Below the pieces are notes generated by a model, which saw nothing but the letters and a program-made list of their open reading frames with translations, ran no database searches and was not told where the DNA came from. Below, piece by piece: positions 41,244-51,224 of a stretch of 64,000 nt of DNA. The translations under genes were made by a program, and so were the position numbers. Numbering within the stretch: position 1 is the first letter of the stretch; each line of letters opens with the position of its first letter. The stretch is from Nitrospinales bacterium (GTDB taxonomy: Bacteria > Nitrospinota > Nitrospinia > Nitrospinales > VA-1): assembly GCA_965262115.1 (NCBI GenBank), contig OZ253496.1:1728001-1792000 (forward strand). Reading direction: 5' to 3'.

Positions 41244-41915
41244 ATGGTCAAGGCATTGGGTGCGTTTATATTTATAGGAATTATGCTGGCCTTCCTGATC
41301 TTCAACACGCCTGTGACCCGGCTGGGCTCAGGGTTCCTCGTTGGTGATGGGAGGCATGTATTCACCTATCATGATCTGGTGAAAAAAGCGGGAGTCCTGA
41401 ATGTCAAATTCCCCAACGAAGATGATATTGAAGCGGAGGTGATGTTTCTCGATCCTGCCAGCAACCTGGCGATATTGAGATTGAATGAAATGCCGAAAGT
41501 AAAGTGCCTGCCTCTAGTACTGAGTGAAAAAGGATTGGGTCCGCGAAGTGAGTCGGTATTCACATTGGGATACCCGTGGACCAACACTCTGGAAGACCAG
41601 CATGTTTTAATCGAAGGATCCGCCGACACCTCGTCGATGCTGATCGGATTAAAGATGGCCCTTGACCCGGTGCATAGTGGAAGTCCATTGTTCAACTCTC
41701 GGCAGGAGGTGGTGGGAATGGTGTTGTTGGAGGCACATGCCAAAGCCGCGTTTCCAGTGGAGGCTTCGCATCATTTTGCTATCCCGGCATTGTTGTTGGA
41801 AAAAGCCATGAAGGCGGGTAGAATTGATAAAGTCGCTCATCCGGTTGAGAACCTTTCGAGAAATGCGTTCATTTCAAGATCGAGAAATAATATTGTTCTG
41901 ATTGAGGCAAGATAA
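41244..41915 (+). CDS. Trypsin-like serine protease domain protein
   Basis: GSGFLV, FTYH, NLAIL, TLGYP and HSGSPLFN...VVG. Confidence 0.8.
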   Translation: MVKALGAFIFIGIMLAFLIFNTPVTRLGSGFLVGDGRHVFTYHDLVKKAGVLNVKFPNEDDIEAEVMFLDPASNLAILRLNEMPKVKCLPLVLSEKGLGPRSESVFTLGYPWTNTLEDQHVLIEGSADTSSMLIGLKMALDPVHSGSPLFNSRQEVVGMVLLEAHAKAAFPVEASHHFAIPALLLEKAMKAGRIDKVAHPVENLSRNAFISRSRNNIVLIEAR

Positions 41916-42463
41916 ATGCAACTCACTGATGAAAATTATATGCTGTATGGATTATTATTTGTCTGCTTTCTGTTGGGCTTGTTGTTTAATGTTGCCAAGC
42001 GTCTCGGCTCCTCCAAAAATTTCCCGCCCCCCAAAGATGAGAAGGATAAGTGAATCACCGAGGATTTTTAATTTTTCCTTACCCTGTTAAATGCCATACG
42101 TAGCAAGATAATTCCAAAGAAAATAATCCTTTGCCAACGAATTCATGGTCTGCATCCGTCCTCCCCCCCCCCTTTTTTTTTACGATCCTCTTCAGGTTTT
42201 TCATACTTGAGATCCCCCCATATCACAGAAAAAAGGCCGGAAAGCTGGACAAACTTTATTGCCATTATTTATCAATCAATAGGGGTTTCAATTCGTGTGG
42301 TCTAAGCTGGCAAGAACAGGGCCTTAGTTCAAATAGTTGAGTGAAGGAAAGCTATATTCCTTTTATTATCAATCATCTTCTATTGGGAACGGTCATGAAC
42401 AGGTCAAAAAAAATTACGCTGGGGATTTTGATTTTAGCTCTCTGGTTTCTCCCGGTTTTAGCG

Positions 42464-42631
42464 GAGAACTTTGCATAACCCAAGATTCTTCGTTGCAATA
42501 GCTCCTCAGAATGACAAAATAGCCTTTTATTGTCATGCTGAGCTAGTGATATTTGACCTTTGAATTCTTGCCCCGCAGGGGTATCTCGAAGCATCTCGCT
42601 TTTCTGCTTTATAGACTTACGCAAAGGTCTC
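42464..42631. mobile_element. MITE with 9-bp target duplication, containing a mini-element
   Basis: gttttagcg at 42455-63 and 42632-40; same termini as the 17756 copy. Confidence 0.9.
42545..42583 (+). repeat. GTGAT-hairpin mini-element inside a MITE
   Basis: Removal gives gtcatgctgagcttctcgaagcatctcg, versus gtcatgctgagcttgtcgaagcatctcg in the 17756 copy. Confidence 0.88.
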
Positions 42632-43118
42632 GTTTTAGCGGGGGCTGGTCAGAAAAGTTTGACAGATGAGATCAAGTTTTTGGATGGCATCAAAAATGTG
42701 GATTGGTACAGAGTGGATGGCCAAAACATCATCATCGGTTGGAGACGGATGCCAGACACTTTTTATGCATGGAACCACAGGGCAGATGTAAATGCCAGCA
42801 GGTCATCAATCTATAAAGTCTATGTTTGGTCGGTTCGATCCCGCCAGAAAGATTGGTCGCCGGGAGAGGGAGGCCAAGTCTGCATCACTACGGCCAAAAT
42901 GGGCCGTTTTGGAAAAAGCAACTGCAAGAGATAACAGGAGTTGCTGTTTGAAGAAGTAAATAATGATTAAGGTTTGAATCGTTCTGGTTTTTATTTTGGA
43001 ACGGGAAGCAATGGGGACTCACCTGGCAGACCTTGTTCTTTTCAAATTCCGCTAACGCATCCTGCGTTTGTTTGAGCCTGTGGATTTCTTTCAAAAAATG
43101 GGTTGAGCGACAGACTTC

Positions 43119-43158
43119 GTGATATTACCAACATTAAACTTCGTGCCCCGGAGTGGTA
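43119..43158 (+). repeat. GTGAT-hairpin mini-element copy
   Basis: gtgatattaccaacattaaacttcgtgccccggagtggta. Confidence 0.78.
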
Positions 43159-43357
43159 GACCCAGTAAGAGTCCAGCTACTTATTCTTTTGCAGTTATAA
43201 TTCCCCCGATTTTGTTCTAAAATCCTCCCTGTTTGACAATATTCTCCTGCTGAAATAGCATTGGTATTCCCAATACAACGAGGTGGCTAGTGGAGAAACT
43301 TCTCTTTCTATTCCTGCTTGTCCTACTGCGGCCTTTTTATTTCTGTGGATTATAAAT

Positions 43358-44251
43358 ATGGAAGTATCGAATCAAAAACCCTGGCAGGGTATCGGTGCGG
43401 ATGTTGACAAAAACGATTCCGCTGCTGAAATATTATACAAGGCAAAGCTCGATTGGGAGGTTAAAAGAGTTCCTTCTCAGCGGCCAATATCCTACGGCAA
43501 TCAGGAAACGATTAGGTTCTTCAAAGCCTTTTTTGAGGTCGCCGAGGCCGAAATAGAAACTGTAGGCGGCCTTGATAATGCAAGAATACTTTGGAGCCTT
43601 GCCTGTTTGAATGAAGATTTCACTTTGCGGGGAGGAGACAAGGTAAGGGGTTACGTCTTGCTGGCCTCGCGGGATGATGGTAGGGAAAGAATTGAAATTC
43701 AGTTTCTTACCGTGCGGGAAAGTTGTCATAATATGTTAAAGATTGTTTCCAATGCCAAATCCCACATGAAAAATATTTTCAGAAGTACGTTTAAACCTAC
43801 CTTTCCATTTAAGAACGAGAAGCGCCAAAAATTTGATGATAAGATGAAGCAAAAAGTAAATGACATCATCGTTCCAGGGCGCGAGGCGATCACTGCTTTT
43901 GCAAATGTTGCTCGGGACCTGTCAGATAAAAATTGGGATGAACCAATAGCTTGGAGGTATCTGTTTGAAGTTTTTCAGCCGGATACCCTTGAAGGTGTTT
44001 CTGTAATCGGTGAGAAAGAATTGGATGAACTTGCGGAGAAAAACACAAAGTTAGCTATTGAGGCTTTCTCTCAGGCACCGGGACAGGATCTTGAATCTGC
44101 TAAAATGACCGCTTGGGGGTTATTGAATGCGGTTATCTACATTATCGATCACCAACTCGGATCTACTAAAGACTATCGCCTGCGGCAGGCTTGGTTTGGT
44201 CCGAATGCCAAAATTAAGCAACGAGCTCTTGACCTTGCATTGGAAATATGA
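43358..44251 (+). CDS. DUF932-like phage/plasmid-associated protein
   Basis: PWQGIG...AKLDWEV N-terminus and TAWGLLNAV..IDH...AWFG...K.RA C-terminus. Confidence 0.7.
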   Translation: MEVSNQKPWQGIGADVDKNDSAAEILYKAKLDWEVKRVPSQRPISYGNQETIRFFKAFFEVAEAEIETVGGLDNARILWSLACLNEDFTLRGGDKVRGYVLLASRDDGRERIEIQFLTVRESCHNMLKIVSNAKSHMKNIFRSTFKPTFPFKNEKRQKFDDKMKQKVNDIIVPGREAITAFANVARDLSDKNWDEPIAWRYLFEVFQPDTLEGVSVIGEKELDELAEKNTKLAIEAFSQAPGQDLESAKMTAWGLLNAVIYIIDHQLGSTKDYRLRQAWFGPNAKIKQRALDLALEI

Positions 44252-44294
44252 GGTTTTTGAATCTGTTTCCAATTTTAGGTACTTTCTTCAACCA

Positions 44295-45782
44295 TTAGGT
44301 TCCGCAGAACGTCTGGTAGGGTCTGTCCGTGGTCGGCGCCGGCGCGGCGTAAGCTTTGTTCCCCGCGACCTCGTCGAAGGGATGGCTTAAAACGGCCAGC
44401 AGTTTCGAGAAGGGCATCATGTCATCCTGATTGGCGGCGGCAAGGGCTTCTTCGACCTTATGGTTCCGCGGGATATAGATCGGGTTGACCCGGTCCATCG
44501 CCTCAGCACTAGTCTCCGCTGCAATTCCATCCTGCTCCAGGCGCTTCCGCCAACGCTGCGCCCAGACGTCGAAGGCACCAGGCTCTTCGAACAAGTGTCG
44601 TACCGCGTCGCTATCACCGCGCAAGGTTTGGGCGAGACGGCGGAAGACGAGGGTGAAATCTGCATGTCCATTTTCCATCACCGATAGCAGATCGTTGATC
44701 AGTTCAAGGTCGAGAGGATCTTCCGTCGACAAACCGATCTTGGACCGCATTCCGGCCAGCCAGTAAGTCTCATAGAGAGGCTGAATACACTCAATCGTTT
44801 CGGTCAGCAATTCGATGGCCCGGTCCTTGTCGGGGTCGACAAACCGGACCAGCGTTTCCGCCAATCGGGTCAGGTTCCAGGCCAGGATCACCGGCTGGTT
44901 AGCATAGGCATAGCGGCCATGGTGGTCGATCGAGCTGAACACCGTGCCCGGCGCATAGCTGTCCATAAAAGCGCAGGGCCCGTAATCGATGGTCTCTCCG
45001 GAGATCGTCATGTTGTCGGTGTTCATCACCCCGTGGATGAAACCGATATTCATCCAGCGCGCCACCAGGGCGGCCTGGGCATCGGCGACGGCCGCGAAGA
45101 ATGCCAGATATGGGTTTTCTGCATCGGCTGTGTCGGGGTAGTGCCGCGCAATGGCATAATCGGCAAGTGCACGGACTTTGTCGACGTCACCGCGCACGGC
45201 TCCAAACTCGAAGGTCCCGACGCGGATGTGGCTAGCCGCAACCCGGGTGAGAATAGCACCGGGCAGAGGGATTTCCCGATAGACGGGATCCCCGGTGGCA
45301 ACGGCCGCCAGGGCGCGTGTCGTCGGGATGCCGAGCGCATGCATGGCTTCCCCGATCAGGTATTCGCGCAACACCGGGCCAACAGCCGCCTTGCCATCTC
45401 CGCCGCGAGAGAACGGGGTGCGGCCCGATCCTTTTAGCTGGATATCGCGGCGTCGTTGTCGGGTGTCGATCACCTCACCGAGGAGAAGCGCGCGTCCATC
45501 CCCCAGCTGGGGGTTGAACCCGCCAAACTGGTGCCCGGCATAAGCCTGGGCTAGCGGTTCCGAGCCCTCGGGGGTTAGATTGCCGGAGAAAATCGCTAAA
45601 CCTGCTTCCGAATCGAGCGCGACCGGATTAAGGCCGATCTCCTCGGCCAGTGCATGGTTGAACTGCAGCATTTTCGGGGCGACCGCAGGTTCTGCCTGGC
45701 AGAACTTGAAAAAGCCTTCAAGGCTGCGGGCGAAGCTGTTATCGAAGTTGAAGTGCAGGCGGGTAGGGTCGTGCGCGTCCAT
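44295..45782 (-). CDS. selO: Protein adenylyltransferase SelO (YdiU family)
   Basis: YAGHQFG..PQLGDGRA, QLKGSGRTPFSRGGDG, HGVMNTDN, IDYGP and C-terminal TFCGT. Confidence 0.93.
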   Translation of the reverse strand: MDAHDPTRLHFNFDNSFARSLEGFFKFCQAEPAVAPKMLQFNHALAEEIGLNPVALDSEAGLAIFSGNLTPEGSEPLAQAYAGHQFGGFNPQLGDGRALLLGEVIDTRQRRRDIQLKGSGRTPFSRGGDGKAAVGPVLREYLIGEAMHALGIPTTRALAAVATGDPVYREIPLPGAILTRVAASHIRVGTFEFGAVRGDVDKVRALADYAIARHYPDTADAENPYLAFFAAVADAQAALVARWMNIGFIHGVMNTDNMTISGETIDYGPCAFMDSYAPGTVFSSIDHHGRYAYANQPVILAWNLTRLAETLVRFVDPDKDRAIELLTETIECIQPLYETYWLAGMRSKIGLSTEDPLDLELINDLLSVMENGHADFTLVFRRLAQTLRGDSDAVRHLFEEPGAFDVWAQRWRKRLEQDGIAAETSAEAMDRVNPIYIPRNHKVEEALAAANQDDMMPFSKLLAVLSHPFDEVAGNKAYAAPAPTTDRPYQTFCGT

Positions 45783-46225
45783 CGTTGTCTTTACCACCTG
45801 TATTCTCTTGCCGTAAAATTTAATACTAAATTTAAAATGACCATGACTATACCCTACAGGCGGTATATCCTTGGGATTCGGACACATTCCGCAAACAATT
45901 TTTCCAGCCTGTGTTTGATAATTTCTCCAATTCCATCCTATAAAACATCCCTGCCTCTTTAATCATCTTGCCCAGTATCACATCCTCTTAATCATCGATA
46001 ACAGGAATTGACACCCGGGATCATTCAGGGTTGAGCCGTTAGAGCATATAAAAATGAATAAACAGAAAGCGGGAGTTGAGTAGCATATTGTGGCAAGAAC
46101 TTCATAAAAAAATTCGCTGCTACCCAAAAAACAGAGAGCGTAATCATGAATTTAATGAATATATCCATTACCAATAATATGTAGTGGCTAAGATTTGATC
46201 TTCCCCTGTTTTAGTGGACAGTTAG

Positions 46226-47089
46226 TTAAGAGGCATAGGCCTGTTTCTCGAATTCGGCAGGGCTGAGATAGCCGAGATATGAGTGACGGCGTTGCCGATT
46301 ATAAAACACTTCGATATATTCAAAAATATCCTTCTTTGCTTGCTGACGGGTTTTGTAGTTCCGGTTATGAATGAGTTCCACTTTGAGAGTATGGAAAAAA
46401 CTCTCCGCCACGGCGTTATCCCAGCAATCGCCCTTCCGGCTCATACTGCACTCTATCCCATGAACATTGAGCAAGGCTTGAAAATCGTTGCAGGCATATT
46501 GAACCCCCCGGTCAGAATGGTGAATCAATCCCGGTTTCATGCCGCCGTTCTTCATTGCCATATTTAAAGCTCTCATTACCAACCAACGGGTTATCCAACG
46601 ATCCATGGCCCAACCAATAACTTTACGGTGGAATAAATCCAGCGTCACCGCAAGGTATAACCAGCCCTCTTGAGTCGGGATATAGGTGATATCCGAAACC
46701 CAGCATTGACCGGGCTCAGCAACATTAAACCGCCGTTGCAGTTTGTTTTTTGCCACCGGGTGATTATGTTTGGAATCGGTTGTCACCCTGAACTTTCTTT
46801 TGTGCTTGGCAACGATTCCATGCTCGCGCATAAGACGGGCAATACGATGCCTGCCAATGGCATATCCCTTGTCTTTCAAGTCCTCATGAATTCTGGGACT
46901 GCCATAAGTCTGGCGACTCTTCTTATAAACGGTTTTGATCTCATCAACCCATCGCTGCTTCTCACGGCTCCTCAGGCTCTCGGGGCGGCTCAGCCAGGCA
47001 TAGAACCCACTTCGTCCCACTTCCAGAACCCGGCACATCGGGCTTACCGGAAATGCTTCTCGATGATCCCGTATAAACCGATATCTCAT
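46226..47089 (-). CDS. IS3 transposase OrfB (DDE integrase core)
   Basis: [22 protein letters not shown] and DNAVAESFF. Confidence 0.92.
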   Translation of the reverse strand: MRYRFIRDHREAFPVSPMCRVLEVGRSGFYAWLSRPESLRSREKQRWVDEIKTVYKKSRQTYGSPRIHEDLKDKGYAIGRHRIARLMREHGIVAKHKRKFRVTTDSKHNHPVAKNKLQRRFNVAEPGQCWVSDITYIPTQEGWLYLAVTLDLFHRKVIGWAMDRWITRWLVMRALNMAMKNGGMKPGLIHHSDRGVQYACNDFQALLNVHGIECSMSRKGDCWDNAVAESFFHTLKVELIHNRNYKTRQQAKKDIFEYIEVFYNRQRRHSYLGYLSPAEFEKQAYAS

Positions 47090-47139
47090 TGGGAACCCTT
47101 CGAGTACCCCTTGTATGTTGTTCATAAGGGGAATTTGTA

Positions 47140-47335
47140 GTAGTTGTACCTGTGAGCCCTGTGGGAAGCCGGTTTTGTGTTTTCCACAAGGCTCACAGGG
47201 TTTGATTCAGGGCACAATAGATCGTTTACCCCTTGGGCTTTTAAGCCCGTCCCGAAGCGCAGATCGTTGTGTCCTATTTTGATTAACCCGAACAGTTGCC
47301 TGGGCCACTGAGCCCGCATCGGCAAGGCTGGGAGA
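47140..47335 (+). ncRNA. Predicted IS110 bridge RNA, copy 2
   Basis: Same sequence as 16430-16625. Confidence 0.88.
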
Positions 47336-47342
47336 CCAAATT

Positions 47343-48293
47343 ATGAATCAGAAACCCCATTTTATTGGCATCGATATTTCTAAACTCCATCTGGATGTTG
47401 CTGACAGCATGACTCAAGAAACCTGGCAAACCGCTAACAATGAAGAAGGGATTGCTGGTTTGGTCGAGAGTTTATCCGCCTTAAATCCTCCATTGATCGT
47501 TTTGGAAGCCACAGGCGGCTTAGAGATCCCGTTGGCTTCGGCCCTGGTTGCGGGTCGACTGCCAGTAGCCGTGGTCAACCCACGGCAAGTTCGTGATTTT
47601 GCCAAAGCCACCGGGAAACTGGCAAAAACCGATGTCATTGATTCTCTTGTGCTGGCCCATTTTGCCAGGGCCGTACGTCCTGAGGTCAGGAAAATCAAAG
47701 ACGAAGAATCTCTGGAACTCTCAGCTCTAGTGACACGCCGTCGCCAGTTGATCGAGATGCTGACCAAAGAAAAAACCCGTCTAAAACAAGCTCCAAAATG
47801 GATATGTAAAGACATTAAGGAGCATATCGAATCTCTTAAAAAACGCTTGCGAAAAATCGATGGCGACCTTTCCAGAACCATCAAAAACAGTTCTGCCTGG
47901 CGTGAGCACGACCAGATCATACAAAGTGTTCCCGGTGCCGGTCCCGTTCTGGCTGTCAACCTCTTGGCCGGGGTTCCGGAACTTGGAGTTCTTAATCAGA
48001 AGCAAATCGCCGCCCTCATCGGTCTCGCTCCCCTCAATCGGGACAGCGGAAAGTTCCGGGGCCGCCGGTGTATCTGGGGCGGCCGCGCCAATGTGCGTGC
48101 CGCTTTATACATGGCCGCCGTCACTGCCATGCAGCATAATCCCGTGATTCGTACCTTTTACACACGCCTCATCGAAAAGGGCAAACCCTTTAAAGTTGCC
48201 ATTACCGCATGCATGAGAAAGTTATTAACGATCATCAATACCATGATCAAAACAAAAACACTCTGGAATGAAAATCTCATTGCCAGCACTTGA
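47343..48293 (+). CDS. IS110-family DEDD recombinase/transposase
   Basis: Protein identical to 16633-17583. Confidence 0.96.
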   Translation: MNQKPHFIGIDISKLHLDVADSMTQETWQTANNEEGIAGLVESLSALNPPLIVLEATGGLEIPLASALVAGRLPVAVVNPRQVRDFAKATGKLAKTDVIDSLVLAHFARAVRPEVRKIKDEESLELSALVTRRRQLIEMLTKEKTRLKQAPKWICKDIKEHIESLKKRLRKIDGDLSRTIKNSSAWREHDQIIQSVPGAGPVLAVNLLAGVPELGVLNQKQIAALIGLAPLNRDSGKFRGRRCIWGGRANVRAALYMAAVTAMQHNPVIRTFYTRLIEKGKPFKVAITACMRKLLTIINTMIKTKTLWNENLIAST

Positions 48294-48310
48294 CATTTAA
48301 CACAGTTGCT

Positions 48311-48344
48311 TCGGGGCATGAAAGCCAATGAAGAGGACATCACA
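48311..48344 (-). repeat. GTGAT-hairpin mini-element split by IS110 (rest at 47105-47111)
   Basis: Reconstructs as t-gtgatgtcctcttcattggctttcatgccccgaaggggta. Confidence 0.88.
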
Positions 48345-48619
48345 AAGATAACTGTCGCCTTTTTTAATATGTCCCGCTCCATACGAAGGCGAGCGTTTTC
48401 TCGCCGCAACTGCTGCAACTCATCTCCCGGCTTAAGCTGTCCTTTGCCGGGAAACGCATTCCCCTGATCCTCCTCATACTCCTGTTTCCAGCGACCCAGA
48501 AGGGCAGAACGGATTCCCAGATCCCGGGACACCCGGGCAATGCTATCGCCTACTTCAATAACCAATCGAACCGCTTCTAACTTGAATTCTTTACTGAAAC
48601 TCCTGCGTTTGGTTCCCAT
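48345..48619 (-). pseudogene. IS3 transposase OrfA with interrupted 3' end
   Basis: RRSFSKEFKLEAV HTH and LRRENARLRMERDILKKA with an A6G slippery site. Confidence 0.88.
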
Positions 48620-48779
48620 AAAAACACCTCCAAAAGTGTATTATCCACACTTTTCGATGTGTCCACCAATTCAGGGGAAGATCAGTTGGATTATGGATCG
48701 TCAAAGACAATCCACACCACCCCCCTCATGAGAGGGGAGGATCAATGAGAATCTCGACTTATGCAAAGGTCTCCTCGGC

Positions 48780-49216
48780 AATAGGGAGCTCCATTGACAG
48801 GTCTATGGTGTCCTGAATGGTTTCCAGGGTCTCTTCGGGAAACCCCGGAATAGAAAAAGCGGCGATGTCGAAGCCATGCTTTTTATCAATTTCACATCCC
48901 GGTGAATCTTGTGGACCCTGGTTCCCTTCTTCCATTTTTTTAAAATCTCACCACCCGTGTTCCCCGATTCCACTGCGATGCTCCCCGGATAAAGCCCTGC
49001 CTCTTTTAACAACTCCAGCAATTCGTCGTCAAGATAATCCGTTCGGATGCCATTGGACATTGCCAAGCCAATATCCAGATTGAGACTGATAATCCCCCTG
49101 ACAATAGTTTTTGCGTGGGATATAGAAATGGTAAATCACCCCAGCCCTCTTTGAGAATGACTTCGTGGCGGGCTCGAATCCCCTCCGCCAAGTACGTAAG
49201 CCCCAGGGAGGGCATG
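48780..49216 (-). pseudogene. Decayed B12-binding radical SAM protein fragment
   Basis: PSLGLTYLA, NGIRTDYLDDELLELLKEAG, AVESG and frameshifted GFPEET; ends near an orphan MITE end (ttatgcaaaggtctc, 48759-73). Confidence 0.6.
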
Positions 49217-49387
49217 ATCGCTTAAAATATTTAAAAGATCAACCGGGACGCTTTTATTGACTCAGTTAAGCTTTCTTTACTTTATGGAACGCATGGTATA
49301 AAACCGTTCAGTGACAGGGGTTTTCAAGGATTTTCCAGTCCCTGATCAGAGTTTTCGTCGTATGGGTTTTCTCCTCTGAAATTTAAT

Positions 49388-49663
49388 ATGCTGCAAAACC
49401 TAAAAAATCTTTTCAAGCTTTGCCAAATTTTAAAAACACGGGGGAACTGGCCCCTTATTCGAAAATCAAAAAAACAGTTGTGGAATTTTTTTATTTGTAG
49501 AAATGGCTTGATACGAAAACCATTTTTTTCTGCCATGATTTACTGGTTTCAAATGCTTAAGGGACTGGACATTCTGGTTTGGCGGCTCGAAACCTTCGGG
49601 TTTTTATTCAGCCAAGGATTGAACGATGATGACAGGAAACATTTGAATCAATGCTTAAAATGA
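49388..49663 (+). CDS. Hypothetical protein
   Basis: 91-aa ORF upstream of the ArnT-like gene; no recognised motif. Confidence 0.5.
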   Translation: MLQNLKNLFKLCQILKTRGNWPLIRKSKKQLWNFFICRNGLIRKPFFSAMIYWFQMLKGLDILVWRLETFGFLFSQGLNDDDRKHLNQCLK

Positions 49664-49741
49664 CCACATCCAAGCCTCACATCTTTTTGGTTTTCAGCAC
49701 CGGCTTTTACTTCCACCCTTCAATCACCCAGACCCTCTAAT

Positions 49742-51220
49742 TTGAATTCCGCACTGAACAACAAGAAACTTCAGATATCATTCCTGATTTTTGCTTCACT
49801 TTTAATATTTCTGGGTCGGCAATTGGATACCGGCATCACGAATTATGACGATGCCTATTATGCCCAGAAGGCAAAAGAAATCCTGGAATCCGGATCCCTC
49901 TGGCTCATCACCTTTGCTGGAACGCCTGCTTTTGACAACCCTCCCCTTCCCTTCTGGTTAACCGCTATAGCCTTTAGTATTTTTGGGATTTCCAGTTACT
50001 CAGCGGTTTTTTCTTCCGCCCTGTTCGCAACCGGAATCGTTCTCATGACTTACCGGTTGAGCCTGTTACTCTATAAAGATTGCTGGATCGCTTTCGCCTC
50101 AGCCTTTGTTTTGCTTTTTCCCGGAATGTTTGTTGACTCATCTCGTCGGGGCATGGTCGATATTCCCCTGGCATTTTTTGTCACTCTGGCATTTTATGCT
50201 TTCTTTAAAGCCCATGATTTTAAACCCTGGTATCTGGTTTTTGGTTTCTCAACCGCTGGTGCCATATTGTCTAAAAGTGTTCTTGGGCTTTTCCCTCTCA
50301 CCATCGCTGGCGCTTTTTTAATTTTCAGCCGACAATGGAGGGAGCTCATCAACCCCTGGTTTTTGTCGGGATGCCTGATCGCCCTTCTTTTAGGATTTAG
50401 CTGGCATCTTGTTAACTGGCAACACTACGGACAAGGGTTCATAGACGCTCATTTTGGTTCGCTGATTTTAAACCGGAGTTTTGGTGGAACCAAAGAACCT
50501 TTTTATTTTCTGGGATACGCAAAAGACTTTTTAAAGAATTACTGGCCCTGGCTGCCTTTTGCGCTGGTGGGCCTGATCCAATTTGGCAAACGCGGGTTTA
50601 TAGAAAAGGATATGACCTCCTTATTACTTTTCCTGTGGCCCGCGCTCACCTTTTTGGTGATGAGCACGAGCAAAAACCAAACGCTCCGTTATTTATTCAT
50701 GATGTTCCCGGCCCTCGCTATTATTACTGCGAAAACCATTTCTGAATGGCTGGGGCCTGATAAAAAAAATACAGCATTGATCACCATGACCGGTGTTATT
50801 GCAGCAACCATCCTGTTCGTGAATGCCACGCCCTTTCAGGTTAAAGTTACTCTGGCACAAAGCAGTAAAGAAGTGCGGGAACTGGCCGCTGTTATAAATC
50901 TCAACACCCCGGAAAATCAGACAATAGGCAATTACCGTCTCACCTCGTCGAACCCTAAATTGGCGGTGCGGTTTTATTCCAACCGTGTCATGGAATCAAA
51001 TGTTACTCGCGATCCCGATAAATTAGCGACGACCCTGTCTTCCAGTCCAACAAAAACATGGTTGTCCTCCATTTGGGAATTCAGAAAATTGACAGCCCAG
51101 TATCCAAATAAGTTTTATTTAGTACAAGCCAATAACAAGTATGCTTTTTTCACTTCAATGAATAATCGAGAAAACATCAGATATGATTTCTCAGCAATGC
51201 GCCTACCCATCGTCAAATAA
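49742..51220 (+). CDS. ArnT/GT39-like membrane glycosyltransferase
   Basis: DDAYYAQKAKE, FDNPPLPFW, LSKS and many transmembrane segments. Confidence 0.85.
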   Translation: MNSALNNKKLQISFLIFASLLIFLGRQLDTGITNYDDAYYAQKAKEILESGSLWLITFAGTPAFDNPPLPFWLTAIAFSIFGISSYSAVFSSALFATGIVLMTYRLSLLLYKDCWIAFASAFVLLFPGMFVDSSRRGMVDIPLAFFVTLAFYAFFKAHDFKPWYLVFGFSTAGAILSKSVLGLFPLTIAGAFLIFSRQWRELINPWFLSGCLIALLLGFSWHLVNWQHYGQGFIDAHFGSLILNRSFGGTKEPFYFLGYAKDFLKNYWPWLPFALVGLIQFGKRGFIEKDMTSLLLFLWPALTFLVMSTSKNQTLRYLFMMFPALAIITAKTISEWLGPDKKNTALITMTGVIAATILFVNATPFQVKVTLAQSSKEVRELAAVINLNTPENQTIGNYRLTSSNPKLAVRFYSNRVMESNVTRDPDKLATTLSSSPTKTWLSSIWEFRKLTAQYPNKFYLVQANNKYAFFTSMNNRENIRYDFSAMRLPIVK

Positions 51221-51224
51221 CCAT

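Larger units (their letters stand above)
42395..42934 (+). pseudogene. Secreted hypothetical protein disrupted by a MITE
   Basis: MNRSKKITLGILILALWFLPVLA joins in frame to GAGQKSLTDEIKF... once the MITE and one duplication copy are removed; the MITE introduces TAA. Confidence 0.75.
47110..48310 (+). mobile_element. IS110-family element, copy 2
   Basis: Near-identical to 16400-17600 (offset 30710); same target TACCC-CT-TCGGGGCATGAA. Confidence 0.95.
46196..48684 (-). mobile_element. IS3-family element interrupted by a mini-element plus IS110
   Basis: Terminal inverted repeats TGATCTTCCCCTG..TT.GTGGACA; 1249 bp after removing 47105-48344. Confidence 0.92.

Noticed and set aside
42087..42155. 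22-codon minus-strand ORF (MQTMNSLAKDYFLWNYLATYGI) with a GGAGG site
   Set aside because: No motif or other support; it lies beside homopolymer runs that are prone to error
46192..48688. Target-site duplication around the IS3 element
   Set aside because: The flanks (ATT and GTT) do not match exactly, so none is claimed
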